Source of the DNA: Candidatus Kapaibacteriota bacterium
GTDB taxonomy: Bacteria > Bacteroidota > Ignavibacteria > OLB7
NCBI GenBank assembly: GCA_048594725.1
Contig: JBMDXA010000199.1
Coordinates: 159-64,158 of the forward strand
Length of the DNA: 64,000 nt
Direction of reading: 5' to 3'
Positions 20,077-29,686 of this stretch are shown here, piece by piece. The notes beneath the pieces were generated by a model, which saw only the letters and a list, made by a program, of their open reading frames with translations, made no database searches and was not told the origin of the DNA. The translations under genes were made by a program, and so were the position numbers. Numbering within the stretch: position 1 is the stretch's first letter; every line of letters begins with the position of its first letter.

Positions 20077-20125
20077 AGCGGCCAGCCGATATTCTTATGA
20101 ATACGTGCTGGCCGCCCTCTGTTTT
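20077..20125 (+). terminator. possible intrinsic terminator after giant B
   Basis: AGCGGCCAGC (20077-20086) pairs with GCTGGCCGC (20107-20115) across a 20-nt loop, followed by CCTCTGTTTT. Confidence 0.35.
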
Positions 20126-20133
20126 GCAGGAGA

Positions 20134-20523
20134 TTATCGCCAGCGGCCGGCGGGGAAAATTGCGATGGCGGTGATAGGGGCTTCGCCGGGATTTTCCTGA
20201 TCGGTACCGGCCGTATCTATCGTAAATGATATCCCGGGAATATCCGGGAGCGTTATCGTTTCATCCTCATCCATTTCCAGCATCCCGGCATTTTCCTCCA
20301 GTTCCGCCAGCGTGGAGCCGATGCCGATCGTCTCTTCGATGAGCCCCCTATATCCCTCGCGGAGGATGATCCTGGTGATCGATCCCCCTGATTCCCATAG
20401 TTCCAGTGCGGCCGAGCGATGGCGTATCACAAACCCTTCCGGCAGATTCGGGCTTGCGAAATACGATGGGCGCAGCCTTCCATCGGCGATAGCGGGGATG
20501 GCTGCGGCACCTGTGCCCAGCAT
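20134..20523 (-). CDS. hypothetical protein (129 aa)
   Basis: The ORF has balanced composition (GFVIRHRSAALELWESGGSITRIILREGYRGLIEETIGIGSTLAELEENAG) and is convergent with giant B. The overlapping plus-strand ORFs are Ser/Pro-rich. I recognise no family. Confidence 0.45.
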   Translation of the reverse strand: MLGTGAAAIPAIADGRLRPSYFASPNLPEGFVIRHRSAALELWESGGSITRIILREGYRGLIEETIGIGSTLAELEENAGMLEMDEDETITLPDIPGISFTIDTAGTDQENPGEAPITAIAIFPAGRWR

Positions 20524-20564
20524 TATTCCGCCGGCCGATGTGCCGGGAATAATCGGGGCGGAAT

Positions 20565-20630
20565 ATTCGATTTCGAACTTCGGATTTTCGATTGGGAGAG
20601 GAGATTTTACGATTTCAGATTTTCGATTAT
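20565..20630 (+). repeat. GATTTTC-heptamer intergenic element (copy E1; satellite copy at 20777..20789)
   Basis: The sequence is attcgatttcgaacttcGGATTTTCGATTGGgagaggaGATTTTACGATTTCAGATTTTCGATTatat. It shares the GATTTTCGATTGG core with the copies at 30953, 40813, 42937, 44893 and 51813 (reverse strand). Confidence 0.7.
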
Positions 20631-20921
20631 ATACCTGATAGACCCAACCATGCCAGATGCATCACGCAAAGCCGCGAAGGCGCAAAGAAGAGGTCTTTCT
20701 TTTCGCCTTCGCGGCTTCCCGTGGGATTCTTCTGGAAGTGCCCACTCAGGGTCGCTGGAGTATATAGTTGCCTTCAGATTTTCGATTGGAAGCGAGGAGG
20801 GGCCGCCGACGGGAGGCCTGCTGTCAGTAAGCAGTCGCCTTCGTCCGTGGCAGCTCCAACGAGACTGCGGGAGTCTAGGGATATTCCCGGAATAATGGAA
20901 ATAAGCTCCTTGACCGGCTGG

Positions 20922-21992
20922 TTACTGCTTCAGCCGGAAGCTGAAGGTCGTGCCGGTTCCCAGTTGCGATTCAACCTGGACGGTGGAGCCATGGGCTTCG
21001 ATGATATGCTTGACGATGGCGAGCCCAAGGCCGCTTCCTCCCACCGCCCGCGAGCGGTCCTTGTTCACCCGGTAGAAGCGTTCGAAGATCCGTCCCAGAT
21101 CCTCTTTCGGGATGCCGATGCCGGTATCGCGCACACGAACGATCGCTTCGGTGGCGCCCGGCTCCAGCTCTATGCTCACCACGCCGCCGGGATGATTGTA
21201 TTTGATGGCATTCTCGATCAGGTTGACCACCGCCTGTTTCAGTCGGTCGCGGTCGCCGAGCACGGAGATATTCCCGTTCCTGGGGGAGCCGGCGATATGG
21301 AACTCCAGCTGCACATCGGCCATCTCGGCGGTGGGCTGAAGTTCGTCGATGATGGCGCGGAAATACTCCACGGCGTTGAAGTAGCGGAAGCTCATCTTCA
21401 TCTCTCCGGATTCGATGCGGGAGATCTCGATCAGATCGGTCAGCAGGGAGTGCAGGCGAAGGACGTTCTGATGGGCCTTGTGGAGAAAATCATCGCGCAC
21501 CTCCGGATCTTCCACGGCGCCATCGATCAGGGTTTCCAGGTAGCCCTGCACCGAGAAGATGGGGGTTCGAAGCTCGTGCGAGACGTTGCCGAGAAACTCG
21601 CTCCGCACCCGTTCCAGCCGTTTCATCTCGGCGATATCGTGTTTGGCGCGGGTGGACATGGCGTTGATGGCCTCGGCGAGCTCGCGCAGCTCCTCCAGCG
21701 GGATCTGCGCGGTATCGATCTTCCGTTCCAGGTCCCCCCTGGAGATCTCGCGCGATACGGCGGTCATGCGGTCCACATGATCGGCGATCTTCTCGGTGAA
21801 ACGGGTCACCCGCATAAATCCCACCACGAAGATCGTGGAGGCCACCACGATGATAAGCCAGATCTCCTGCTCGGGGGATTGGGGGATGCCGAAAATGTAG
21901 TGAAGGACCAGAAGCGTGACGATTGCGGCCACCGCGATGCCCAGCAGCCGGGTGGTTACCCAGCGGACCCGCTGACGAATTGAACCATTCAT
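20922..21992 (-). CDS. sensor histidine kinase (TM-HAMP-HisKA-HATPase, PhoR-like)
   Basis: It has the H-box FLGNVSHELRTPIF, the N-box LIENAIKYN and the G-boxes DTGIGI and GGSGLGLAIV. The start is placed at ATG 21992 (MNGSIRQRVRW + TM helix) rather than at the ORF-track start of 22172. Confidence 0.85.
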   Translation of the reverse strand: MNGSIRQRVRWVTTRLLGIAVAAIVTLLVLHYIFGIPQSPEQEIWLIIVVASTIFVVGFMRVTRFTEKIADHVDRMTAVSREISRGDLERKIDTAQIPLEELRELAEAINAMSTRAKHDIAEMKRLERVRSEFLGNVSHELRTPIFSVQGYLETLIDGAVEDPEVRDDFLHKAHQNVLRLHSLLTDLIEISRIESGEMKMSFRYFNAVEYFRAIIDELQPTAEMADVQLEFHIAGSPRNGNISVLGDRDRLKQAVVNLIENAIKYNHPGGVVSIELEPGATEAIVRVRDTGIGIPKEDLGRIFERFYRVNKDRSRAVGGSGLGLAIVKHIIEAHGSTVQVESQLGTGTTFSFRLKQ

Positions 21993-22070
21993 GCGTGGGG
22001 GATGAGTTGATGGAGGGCGCGCAGCCCTGAGCCGTTTGCGGCGCGTCGTGCCGCTTGTGCGTTCGCCGGC

Positions 22071-22109
22071 AGCAGTATGCGCGAGCAGTATGCGCGAGCA
22101 GTATGCGCG
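22071..22109. repeat. perfect 13-bp x3 tandem repeat (AGCAGTATGCGCG) between the response regulator and kinase genes
   Basis: Units at 22071-22083, 22084-22096 and 22097-22109 are identical. They lie in the 247-bp gap between the RR stop (22240) and the preferred HK start (21992). Confidence 0.9.
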
Positions 22110-22239
22110 GGGCCTGCGGCCGCTGTAGCCGGCAGCAGAGACGGAAGGGGAGAAATCGCCGGAGAGCCTCATCCCGCATCCCTGCCTTTCTGCTACCAGC
22201 CACGATCTACGAACTTATCTCTACTCTGGCAACTCTCCT

Positions 22240-22941
22240 CTATCTGCCATCGGCAAATCTGTAGCCCACGCCCTTTACCGTCTCGATCAGCTCGCACTGA
22301 TGGCCGAGCTTCTCGCGGATCTTGGAAATATGCACATCGACCGTTCTATCCACCACATAGACGTTCTCTCCCCAGATCCTGTTCAGGAGTATCTCGCGGG
22401 AGAAGACCTTGCCACGGTTGGAGGCCAGGAAGGCGAGCAGTTCGAACTCCTTTTTCGGGAAGAACGTCTCGCGGCCGCGCACCTTCACCGTGTAGTTCTG
22501 GCGGTTGATCTCCAGATCGCCCACATTGAGCATCTCCGGCATCACGATCGTCTCGGTTTTTACCGCCTCGGCGCTGCGCCGCAGAACCGATTTCACGCGC
22601 GCCACCAGCACACGCGGGGAGATCGGCTTCTGGATATAATCATCGGCACCGAGCTCAAGCCCGAGGATCTGGTCGAGCTCCCCCACGCGCGCGGTAAGGA
22701 AGATGATCGGCGTTGCCGCATGCAGCGGGTTGGCGCGGAGCTTCCGGCAGACCTCGAAACCATCCACCTCCGGCATCATCACGTCCAGGAGGATCAGATC
22801 GAGCGGGGCCGTGGTGGCAAGCTCCAGCGCCTTGGCCCCGTCATTTGCGGTCTTGACGAGATATCCTTCCTTCTCCAGGTTGTAGCGGAGGAGCTGGAGG
22901 ATATCCTCTTCATCATCAACGACAAGAATCGTTTTAGGCAT
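22240..22941 (-). CDS. OmpR/PhoB-family response regulator
   Basis: The receiver domain reads MPKTILVVDDEEDIL...LDLILLDVMMPEVDGF. The winged-helix output reads LEINRQNYTVKVRGRETFFPKKEFELLAFL...VDVHISKIREKL...VKGVGYRF. The start is at ATG 22941. Confidence 0.9.
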   Translation of the reverse strand: MPKTILVVDDEEDILQLLRYNLEKEGYLVKTANDGAKALELATTAPLDLILLDVMMPEVDGFEVCRKLRANPLHAATPIIFLTARVGELDQILGLELGADDYIQKPISPRVLVARVKSVLRRSAEAVKTETIVMPEMLNVGDLEINRQNYTVKVRGRETFFPKKEFELLAFLASNRGKVFSREILLNRIWGENVYVVDRTVDVHISKIREKLGHQCELIETVKGVGYRFADGR

Positions 22942-23409
22942 GTAATCACTTGAACTGTAGGAGGGCACCTGAGCCCGGTTTGCAGAGGGGGTCCGGCAGG
23001 CGCCGGAGATAGCCTCTTCCGCCTCGATCTCAGGTATGCAAGTTAACATTGCGCCCCGGCTTTATCCAGACTGCGGAGGGGGGAAGGGGGGTCAAGATTT
23101 CTTAACATTGGGGGATGGGAGTCCACAAGTCCGGGAGCCGGGGAGAACGAAGATGGGGCGTGATGCCTGGGCGCCGCTGTGCTCCTGATTCCTCCGGCTC
23201 CCGCACCTCTTGACTCTCCCGGAGGCTTGAAATCTCTTTTTTCAGGGAGATACAAAGTTTTGCCGCTGAAATCGTTGCCGTAATCGTCTCCCGCTTGCTA
23301 TGTTTGTTGACTGTATAAGTTTTCCGGCGCACAACTCACTCCTTGCACACCCGTGAAAGTGGGAGTTGGCGGCGGCCCGGAGTTCCATCCGGACCATTCG
23401 GGAGGAACC

Positions 23410-23655
23410 ATGAGCTTCCAGAAGAAACCCCGCCAATCGACGATGCAGCAGCTTGGACCCTACCTGGGGATGGGGCTGCAGATTGCCGCGGCGATGAGCG
23501 CGTTCGGGGCTCTGGGGTGGTGGTTGGACGGCAAATACGGGACAACCCCCTGGCTTCTGGCCGCGGGGGTGGTACTCGGGGCCACAGGGGGGATGATCAG
23601 CGTGGTGAGAACCACGATACAGCTTGGCAAACGGGATAAGCCAGGCCGGCAGTGA
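23410..23655 (+). CDS. AtpZ/AtpR-like small membrane protein of the ATP synthase operon
   Basis: Two TM helices with LGMGLQIAAAMSAFGALGWWLDGKYGTTPWLLAAGVVLGATGGMISV match the pattern of the 'putative F0F1-ATPase subunit' family. GGAGGA lies 4 nt upstream of ATG 23410. Confidence 0.6.
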   Translation: MSFQKKPRQSTMQQLGPYLGMGLQIAAAMSAFGALGWWLDGKYGTTPWLLAAGVVLGATGGMISVVRTTIQLGKRDKPGRQ

Positions 23656-23701
23656 CCGGCATTCCATCGTGTACGTCCGCTAGAAGTCTACTTCCGACCG
23701 A

Positions 23702-24154
23702 ATGCGCTTCAAGTTCTGCAAATCCGTTCTTCTGCTTGCCACTGTGATGGCGCTCCTGCTTGCATACCCGATGTATGCGTGGTCGAGCGCCGAGGTCATC
23801 CGCGCCGTGGTCGCCTCCGGCATCATCGCGCTGGTCAACATCATCGTCGGTTGTATCACCCTCGACTACACGATCGATAAGAGCAATCAGACCTTTATGA
23901 TCGGCGTGTTCGGCGGCATGGGCGTCCGTATGGGGCTCATCCTGCTGGCCGTGGCGATCCTGCTGCTCAATGGTTATCATGCGCTCTCCCTGTCGCTGTC
24001 GCTGATGGGATTTTATGTGGCGTTCATGATCGCCGAGATCATCTATGCCACGCGGGAGCTCTCCCGGCGCAACCCCAGGACCAGGCCGGTCCGCCAGGGC
24101 GCCGATAGAGGAACCTCCCTTCGCTCACTCTCTGTTGAACATCGGAGCAACTGA
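23702..24154 (+). CDS. AtpI-like membrane protein
   Basis: A polytopic hydrophobic 150-aa ORF directly upstream of atpB. Its stop overlaps the atpB ATG (TGATG at 24152-24156). Confidence 0.55.
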   Translation: MRFKFCKSVLLLATVMALLLAYPMYAWSSAEVIRAVVASGIIALVNIIVGCITLDYTIDKSNQTFMIGVFGGMGVRMGLILLAVAILLLNGYHALSLSLSLMGFYVAFMIAEIIYATRELSRRNPRTRPVRQGADRGTSLRSLSVEHRSN

Positions 24155-25230
24155 TGCAAGATCCTGAAACGTTACCTCTCATCGCGCAGGCCGGTGACCA
24201 TCCCGGCACCAGCGAACAGCACTCGGACAAGCCTGCCGGCGATCAGCACGCCGGTGAGCCAGCCGGGGAGCATGGCGCTGCGCCGGAGGCGGGGGATACC
24301 GGGGCCATCTTCAATACGCTCCTGGCAAAGCTGGGTGATCACCGCGAGGTGGAGATCGGGCCGCTGCATCTGCCGTTGCCGGTGATTCTGATCGATGACG
24401 GGGTGCACGTCTATTCGAGCATCGAGTCGATGCAGGCCGCCGGCCGCTACGAGTACACGCATCACCATATCTATCGCGCCGGGACCGAGCAGGCCCCCGC
24501 GCTGGATATGTCGGTGACCAGCCTGGTCTTCTTCCAGTGGCTGGCGATGGCGATTCTCTTCCTGGTGATGGTGCCGATGGCCGCCAGGTACAAGAAGAAC
24601 GGCGTGCGCCCGGTAAAGGGGATCTTCAATGCTATGGAAGCCCTTATCATGTATGTGAGGGATGAGATCGTGCTGCCGAACACCGGCGAGTACGGCAAGA
24701 AGATGATGCCGATCTTCCTGACCTTCTTCTTCTTCATCATCACGATGAACTTCCTCGGGATGGTCCCGTACGGGCATTCCCCCACGGGCAGCCTGAACGT
24801 TACCGCGGGTCTGGCGATCATCGCCTTCTTCACCGTACAGATCGCCTCTATCGCCAAGAACGGCTTCGGCGCCTGGCTGAAGCATCTTACCGGCGGCGTG
24901 CCGGTGTGGCTGTGGCCGATCATGGTGCCGGTGGAAGTTCTCGGCCTTTTCACGAAGCCCTTCGCCCTGTGCGTGCGTCTGTTCGCCAATATGACGGCCG
25001 GCCACGTGATCCTTCTTTCGCTGATCGGTCTGGTGTTCGTAACCTCGGCATTCATCCCGGTCACGCTCGGATTCTCGCTGTTCATCAACATCCTCGAGCT
25101 GCTGGTGGCGTTTATCCAGGCCTACGTCTTCACGATTCTGACGGCGGTGTTCACCGGGATCGGTCTTGCCTCGCATGACCACGATCACGATCACGCCCAT
25201 GGCGGCAGCGAGCACGCGGCTGCACACTAA
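24154..25230 (+). CDS. atpB: F0F1 ATP synthase subunit a
   Basis: It contains NFLGMVPYGHSPTG and the essential-Arg helix RLFANMTAGHVILL. It has the long N-terminal extension typical of FCB-group subunit a and a His/Asp-rich tail (HDHDHDHAHGGSEH). Confidence 0.9.
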   Translation: MQDPETLPLIAQAGDHPGTSEQHSDKPAGDQHAGEPAGEHGAAPEAGDTGAIFNTLLAKLGDHREVEIGPLHLPLPVILIDDGVHVYSSIESMQAAGRYEYTHHHIYRAGTEQAPALDMSVTSLVFFQWLAMAILFLVMVPMAARYKKNGVRPVKGIFNAMEALIMYVRDEIVLPNTGEYGKKMMPIFLTFFFFIITMNFLGMVPYGHSPTGSLNVTAGLAIIAFFTVQIASIAKNGFGAWLKHLTGGVPVWLWPIMVPVEVLGLFTKPFALCVRLFANMTAGHVILLSLIGLVFVTSAFIPVTLGFSLFINILELLVAFIQAYVFTILTAVFTGIGLASHDHDHDHAHGGSEHAAAH

Positions 25231-25248
25231 GGAAGTGGGTTTAGATCG

Positions 25249-25345
25249 TAGTGCTTAGTTCTTGGAGCTTAGTGCTTAGCAGAGAAGAACCATCTCTCGC
25301 TAAGCACTAAGGACTACAGCCGCCGCAGGCGGCGTCCTAAGAACC
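25249..25345. repeat. heptamer-word palindrome plus conserved GC hairpin between atpB and atpE
   Basis: GCTTAGTGCTTAGC ... GCTAAGCACTAAG are inverted words (reverse-complement forms of TAAGCAC/TAAGAAC). They are followed by CAGCCGCCGCAGGCGGCG (25317-25334) and TCCTAAGAAC. Confidence 0.75.
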
Positions 25346-25484
25346 AGGCGCCAATAACCACTTGATAATCTTTTCCCGGCACCGGCCGGGTGCTCGATGT
25401 ACGCTTTTTGCGTACTTTTGCTGGTCTTAACGAAAGCTTCACATACACATTTACGTCTCACATTCTCATTTCGGAGGACATTGA

Positions 25485-25712
25485 ATGGAGCCCCAGGTAT
25501 TCGCTTATCTTGCCGCTGGTCTCGGCGCTGCTATCACCGTGTTCGGAGCCGCCACCGGCATTGGCCGCCTGGCATCAGCCGCTCTGGAAGCCCATGGACG
25601 CCAGCCGGAAGCAATCGGTGATGTTCGCACCACCATGATTATCGCCGCCGCTCTTATCGAGGGTGTCGCCCTCTTCGCGGAGGTTATCTGCATCCTTCTG
25701 GCTACGAAGTAA
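25485..25712 (+). CDS. atpE: F0F1 ATP synthase subunit c
   Basis: A 75-aa helical hairpin: GLGAAITVFGAATGIGRLA...RTTMIIAAALIEGVALFAEVI, with the conserved carboxylate in IEG. Confidence 0.9.
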   Translation: MEPQVFAYLAAGLGAAITVFGAATGIGRLASAALEAHGRQPEAIGDVRTTMIIAAALIEGVALFAEVICILLATK

Positions 25713-25911
25713 TTGCCCTCATCCCAACCGCGCCAGGCATACCTGCCTGATGCGGAACAAGAGTGCGAGATGGAGTAGTGTCGAAGAGCGAGCGTACCGG
25801 TAGGGAGCCGGGGAGAATTCCCGGTTTCCGGAGCAGGGCGCTCCTCTTTGTTTCACAATCAGCTACCGTTGCTCCCAGCAACTTGCCTTAGCAACCCGAA
25901 AAGGTACAGAC

Positions 25912-26403
25912 ATGCTCGATATTCAGACCGGTCCGATTCTCTGGACGATTCTCAATTTCCTTATCCTGCTGCTGCTGCTCGGCAAGGTTGCATGGAAGCC
26001 GATTCTGAAGGCACTGGAAACGCGCGAAGCCACGATCAACGATGCGCTCAATCGTGCCGAGACCGCACGTGCCGAGGCCGATCGCATCCTTGCGGAAAAC
26101 CAGCAGACCCTGCGCAGGGCCGATGAGGAGTCGCAGAGGGTGCTGCGCGAAAGCCGCGAGTATGCCGAGCGGATGCAGGCCGAGGCGATGCAGAAGTCCC
26201 AGGACGAAAGCCGCCGCCTTCTCGACCAGGCCAACAAGGAGATCGAGCGGAACAAGCAGCAGGCGCTCAACGAGCTTCGCACCGAAGTCGCCAATCTCGC
26301 GGTGGGTGCCGCCGAGAAGATCCTCAACGAATCGCTCGATGCCGATCGCCACAAGCGCCTGGTGGATAACTATATCACGCAGGCTGCCCAGGTGCAGAAC
26401 TAA
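25912..26403 (+). CDS. atpF: F0F1 ATP synthase subunit b
   Basis: An N-terminal TM helix (ILWTILNFLILLLLLGKVAWKPI) followed by a long charged coiled coil, in operon position. Confidence 0.85.
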   Translation: MLDIQTGPILWTILNFLILLLLLGKVAWKPILKALETREATINDALNRAETARAEADRILAENQQTLRRADEESQRVLRESREYAERMQAEAMQKSQDESRRLLDQANKEIERNKQQALNELRTEVANLAVGAAEKILNESLDADRHKRLVDNYITQAAQVQN

Positions 26404-26418
26404 TCGGAGTTCCAGTAT

Positions 26419-26967
26419 ATGGCTACGACCCGCGTTGCACAGCGCTACGCCAAGGCGCTCATGGATTTGGCGAAAGAGCAGGGGGGACTGGATGTCATCA
26501 TCGATGATATCCGTACCATCAGCGGAGCCATCGAGGGCTCCAGAGAGCTTCAGCTTCTGCTTCATTCCCCGGTCGTCGACGACCGGAAGAAGGAGAGCAT
26601 CCTGCGGCAGATCTTCGGCGGAAAGGTCGGTACGGTGGTGGACCGGTTTATCTCGCTGCTGGCCCTGAAGGGACGCGGCGCCGATCTCCCGGCGATTCTC
26701 GAAGCCTTCGAACATCTGATCGATCGCGAGCGGAACGTGGTGCCGGCGACGATCACCACCGCCGTGGAGCTGGATGCCCCGCAGCGGGAGCGGCTGGAAC
26801 AGAAGATCGCCTCTCTCAGCGGTCATACGGTTCGCGCCAGGTATCTCGTCGATCCCACGCTCATCGGCGGGTTCCGTGCCCGTTTCGAGGATCAGATGAT
26901 CGATGCCTCGGTACGCCATCAGCTCGATCGCCTGCATGAATCGTTTGCCGGGGGGAGCCCCAACTAA
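26419..26967 (+). CDS. atpH: F0F1 ATP synthase subunit delta (OSCP)
   Basis: It starts VAQRYAKALMDLAKEQG, is 182 aa long, and sits between atpF and atpA. Confidence 0.85.
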   Translation: MATTRVAQRYAKALMDLAKEQGGLDVIIDDIRTISGAIEGSRELQLLLHSPVVDDRKKESILRQIFGGKVGTVVDRFISLLALKGRGADLPAILEAFEHLIDRERNVVPATITTAVELDAPQRERLEQKIASLSGHTVRARYLVDPTLIGGFRARFEDQMIDASVRHQLDRLHESFAGGSPN

Positions 26968-27054
26968 CGCTTCGGACCGGATCGGCGCTTCATATATCTA
27001 CGATCGCACCCGCCTCGTAATCAGGAAAATCTTACTCATATCAGGCATACAGAC

Positions 27055-28605
27055 ATGGCAGAAGTTCGTCCCGATGAAGTAACCGCGATTCTGCGCCAGC
27101 AGCTCACCAACTTCAGCAACGAAGTCGATATCTACGACGTCGGCACGGTGTTGCAGGTAGGTGACGGCGTGGCCCGCGTCTACGGGCTTACCAACGCCGT
27201 TGCGTCGGAGCTGCTGGAGTTCCCGAACGGCGTTTTCGGCATGGCCCTCAACCTCGAAGAGGATAACGTCGGCGTTGTGTTGTTCGGCGACGACAAGCTG
27301 ATCAACGAGGGGGATACCGTCAAGCGTACCGGCCGGGTTGCCTCGGTTCCCGTTGGCGAGGAACTGCTCGGCCGTGTCGTTAACCCGCTCGGCGTGCCGA
27401 TCGATGGCCGTGGCCCGATCAATGCCACCAGGACCCTGCCGATCGAGCGCAAGGCCACCGGCGTGGTTACCCGGTTCCCGGTGACCGAGCCGCTGCAGAC
27501 CGGTATCAAGGCTATCGACGCGATGGTGCCGATCGGCCGTGGACAGCGCGAGCTTATCATCGGCGACCGCCAGACCGGCAAGACCGCCGTGGCGATCGAC
27601 ACGATCATCAACCAGAAGTTCACGCACACCCCGGAGGCGAAGGCCCAGGGTATCGACCCGGTCTTCTGCGTCTATGTGAGCATCGGGCAGAAGGCTTCCA
27701 CGGTTGCCAACGTGGTGCAGATCCTGAAGGAGAACGGCGCCATGGAGTATACCACGGTGGTGGTTGCGGGCGCCTCGGACCCCGCGCCGCTTCAGTTCAT
27801 CGCCCCGTACGCCGGCGCCTCCATCGGCGAGTACTATCGCGATTCGAACCGCCATGCGCTGGCGATCTACGACGATCTTTCCAAGCAGGCCGCGGCCTAC
27901 CGCCAGGTGTCGCTGCTGCTGCGCCGCCCGCCGGGCCGCGAGGCATATCCGGGCGACGTGTTCTATCTGCACTCGCGCCTGCTGGAGCGCGCCGCAAAGC
28001 TCGACAAGGAGTATGGCGGCGGCTCGCTGACGGCACTTCCGGTGATCGAGACCCAGGAGAGCGATCCCTCGGCCTACATCCCGACGAACGTGATCTCGAT
28101 CACCGACGGGCAGATCTACCTGATGCCGGGCCTGTTCAACGCCGGCGTCCGTCCGGCTATCAACGTCGGCATCTCGGTGTCGCGCGTGGGTGGCAACGCC
28201 CAGATCAAGGCCATGAAGAAGGTGTCCGGCACGCTGAAGCTGGATCTTGCGCAGTATCGCGAGCTGGAGGCATTCGCCAAGTTCGGCTCCGATCTCGACA
28301 AGTCCACGCAGCAGCTTCTGCGCCGTGGCTCCCGCCTGGTGGAGCTTCTGAAGCAGGGACAGTACCAGCCGATGCCGGTCGAGGAGCAGGTTGCCTCCAT
28401 GTGGATGGGAACCAACGGCTATGCCGACCCGCTCCCGGTGGAGGATGTGCGCCGCTTCGAGAAGGAGTTCCTGGAGTACCTGCGCAACCGTTACCCGGAT
28501 GTGCTCTCGGCGATCGCCCAGAAGAAGGAACTGAGCGCCGATGTGGTGACCGGTCTGAAGGCCGCCGCCGAGGAGCTCTCGCGCACCTTCCAGAAGAGCG
28601 CCTGA
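27055..28605 (+). CDS. atpA: F0F1 ATP synthase subunit alpha
   Basis: It has the Walker [11 protein letters not shown], then [23 protein letters not shown] and ITDGQIYL. Confidence 0.97.
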   Translation: MAEVRPDEVTAILRQQLTNFSNEVDIYDVGTVLQVGDGVARVYGLTNAVASELLEFPNGVFGMALNLEEDNVGVVLFGDDKLINEGDTVKRTGRVASVPVGEELLGRVVNPLGVPIDGRGPINATRTLPIERKATGVVTRFPVTEPLQTGIKAIDAMVPIGRGQRELIIGDRQTGKTAVAIDTIINQKFTHTPEAKAQGIDPVFCVYVSIGQKASTVANVVQILKENGAMEYTTVVVAGASDPAPLQFIAPYAGASIGEYYRDSNRHALAIYDDLSKQAAAYRQVSLLLRRPPGREAYPGDVFYLHSRLLERAAKLDKEYGGGSLTALPVIETQESDPSAYIPTNVISITDGQIYLMPGLFNAGVRPAINVGISVSRVGGNAQIKAMKKVSGTLKLDLAQYRELEAFAKFGSDLDKSTQQLLRRGSRLVELLKQGQYQPMPVEEQVASMWMGTNGYADPLPVEDVRRFEKEFLEYLRNRYPDVLSAIAQKKELSADVVTGLKAAAEELSRTFQKSA

Positions 28606-28698
28606 GCATAACCGATAGACGCGGAACAGGGAAGGGCGCCCGGTTACAAGGGGCGCCCCCCGTACTTCAGAGATACAGAGACACCGGACTACTGATCA

Positions 28699-29580
28699 AT
28701 GGCAAAGTACCGTGAAATACGCGGCCGTATCCAGGGCATCCAGAATACGGCCAAGATCACCCAGGCGATGAAGATGGTGGCCGCGGCCAAGCTGCGCCGC
28801 GCGCAGGACAGCATCATCGCCGCTCGCCCGTACGGCCGGAAGCTCCGCGAACTGCTTCAGTTCCTGGCCTCCAGCATGGAGACCGCCGTAAGCCCTCTTC
28901 TGGAGGAGCGTGATGTGAACCGCGCCTGCCTGATCATCGTATCGGCCGATCGCGGTCTCTGCGGTGCCTTCAACAGCAATCTCATCAAGGCCGCGCAGTA
29001 CCTGATCCACAACCGGTTCGGCCAGCTGAATGCGGCCGGCAACCTCGATCTGGTGTGCGTGGGGAAGCGTGCGGTGGATCACTTCACCCGCCGCGGCTAC
29101 AATGTGATCGCCGCCTATCCGGGGGTGTTCCACTCCCTGGATTATTCGGTGGCGCAGCGCCTTATCGCCGAGGTGAGCCGGGGCTTCCTGGAGCGCCGGT
29201 TCGATCAGGTGAACGTGATCTATAACGAGTTCAAGTCGGTGGTGAAGCAGGATGTCGCCATCGAGCAGCTTCTGCCGATCCCGAAGCTGGAGATCGATGC
29301 CCATGCGGCCCCGCCGGTGGATTACATCTTCGAGCCCTCGCGCGAGGAGATCCTCGACGCGCTTCTGCCGAAGCACCTGAACACGCAGATGTGGAACGTG
29401 CTGCTGGAGTCGAACGCGGCCGAGCAGGGCGCGCGCATGACCGCGATGGAGAACGCCACGAAGAACGCGAAGGATCTGGTGCACGACCTGAAGCGCAGCT
29501 ACAACAAGGCGCGCCAGACCGCAATCACAACCGAGATTCTGGAGATCGTCTCCGGTGCCGAGGCACTGAGGCAATCGTAA
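28699..29580 (+). CDS. atpG: F0F1 ATP synthase subunit gamma
   Basis: It starts [30 protein letters not shown] and ends [20 protein letters not shown]. Confidence 0.95.
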   Translation: MAKYREIRGRIQGIQNTAKITQAMKMVAAAKLRRAQDSIIAARPYGRKLRELLQFLASSMETAVSPLLEERDVNRACLIIVSADRGLCGAFNSNLIKAAQYLIHNRFGQLNAAGNLDLVCVGKRAVDHFTRRGYNVIAAYPGVFHSLDYSVAQRLIAEVSRGFLERRFDQVNVIYNEFKSVVKQDVAIEQLLPIPKLEIDAHAAPPVDYIFEPSREEILDALLPKHLNTQMWNVLLESNAAEQGARMTAMENATKNAKDLVHDLKRSYNKARQTAITTEILEIVSGAEALRQS

Positions 29581-29604
29581 ACCAGCAGTTGTTCACGAAC
29601 TACC

Positions 29605-29642
29605 GGGGAGCCTTCCGTAACGTGAAGGTTCCCCGTTTTATA
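29605..29642 (+). terminator. intrinsic terminator after atpG
   Basis: GGGGAGCCTTC (29605-29615) pairs with GAAGGTTCCCC (29624-29634) with one G-U pair, followed by GTTTTATATT. Confidence 0.6.
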
Positions 29643-29686
29643 TTCTGCCCGCGCCAACGCCGCGCGGAGGTACGAGGGAATCAACG

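Noticed and set aside
20592-21983. A 463-aa plus-strand ORF
   Set aside because: It is antisense to the histidine kinase, whose H, N and G boxes are clear, and it begins inside the heptamer repeat element.
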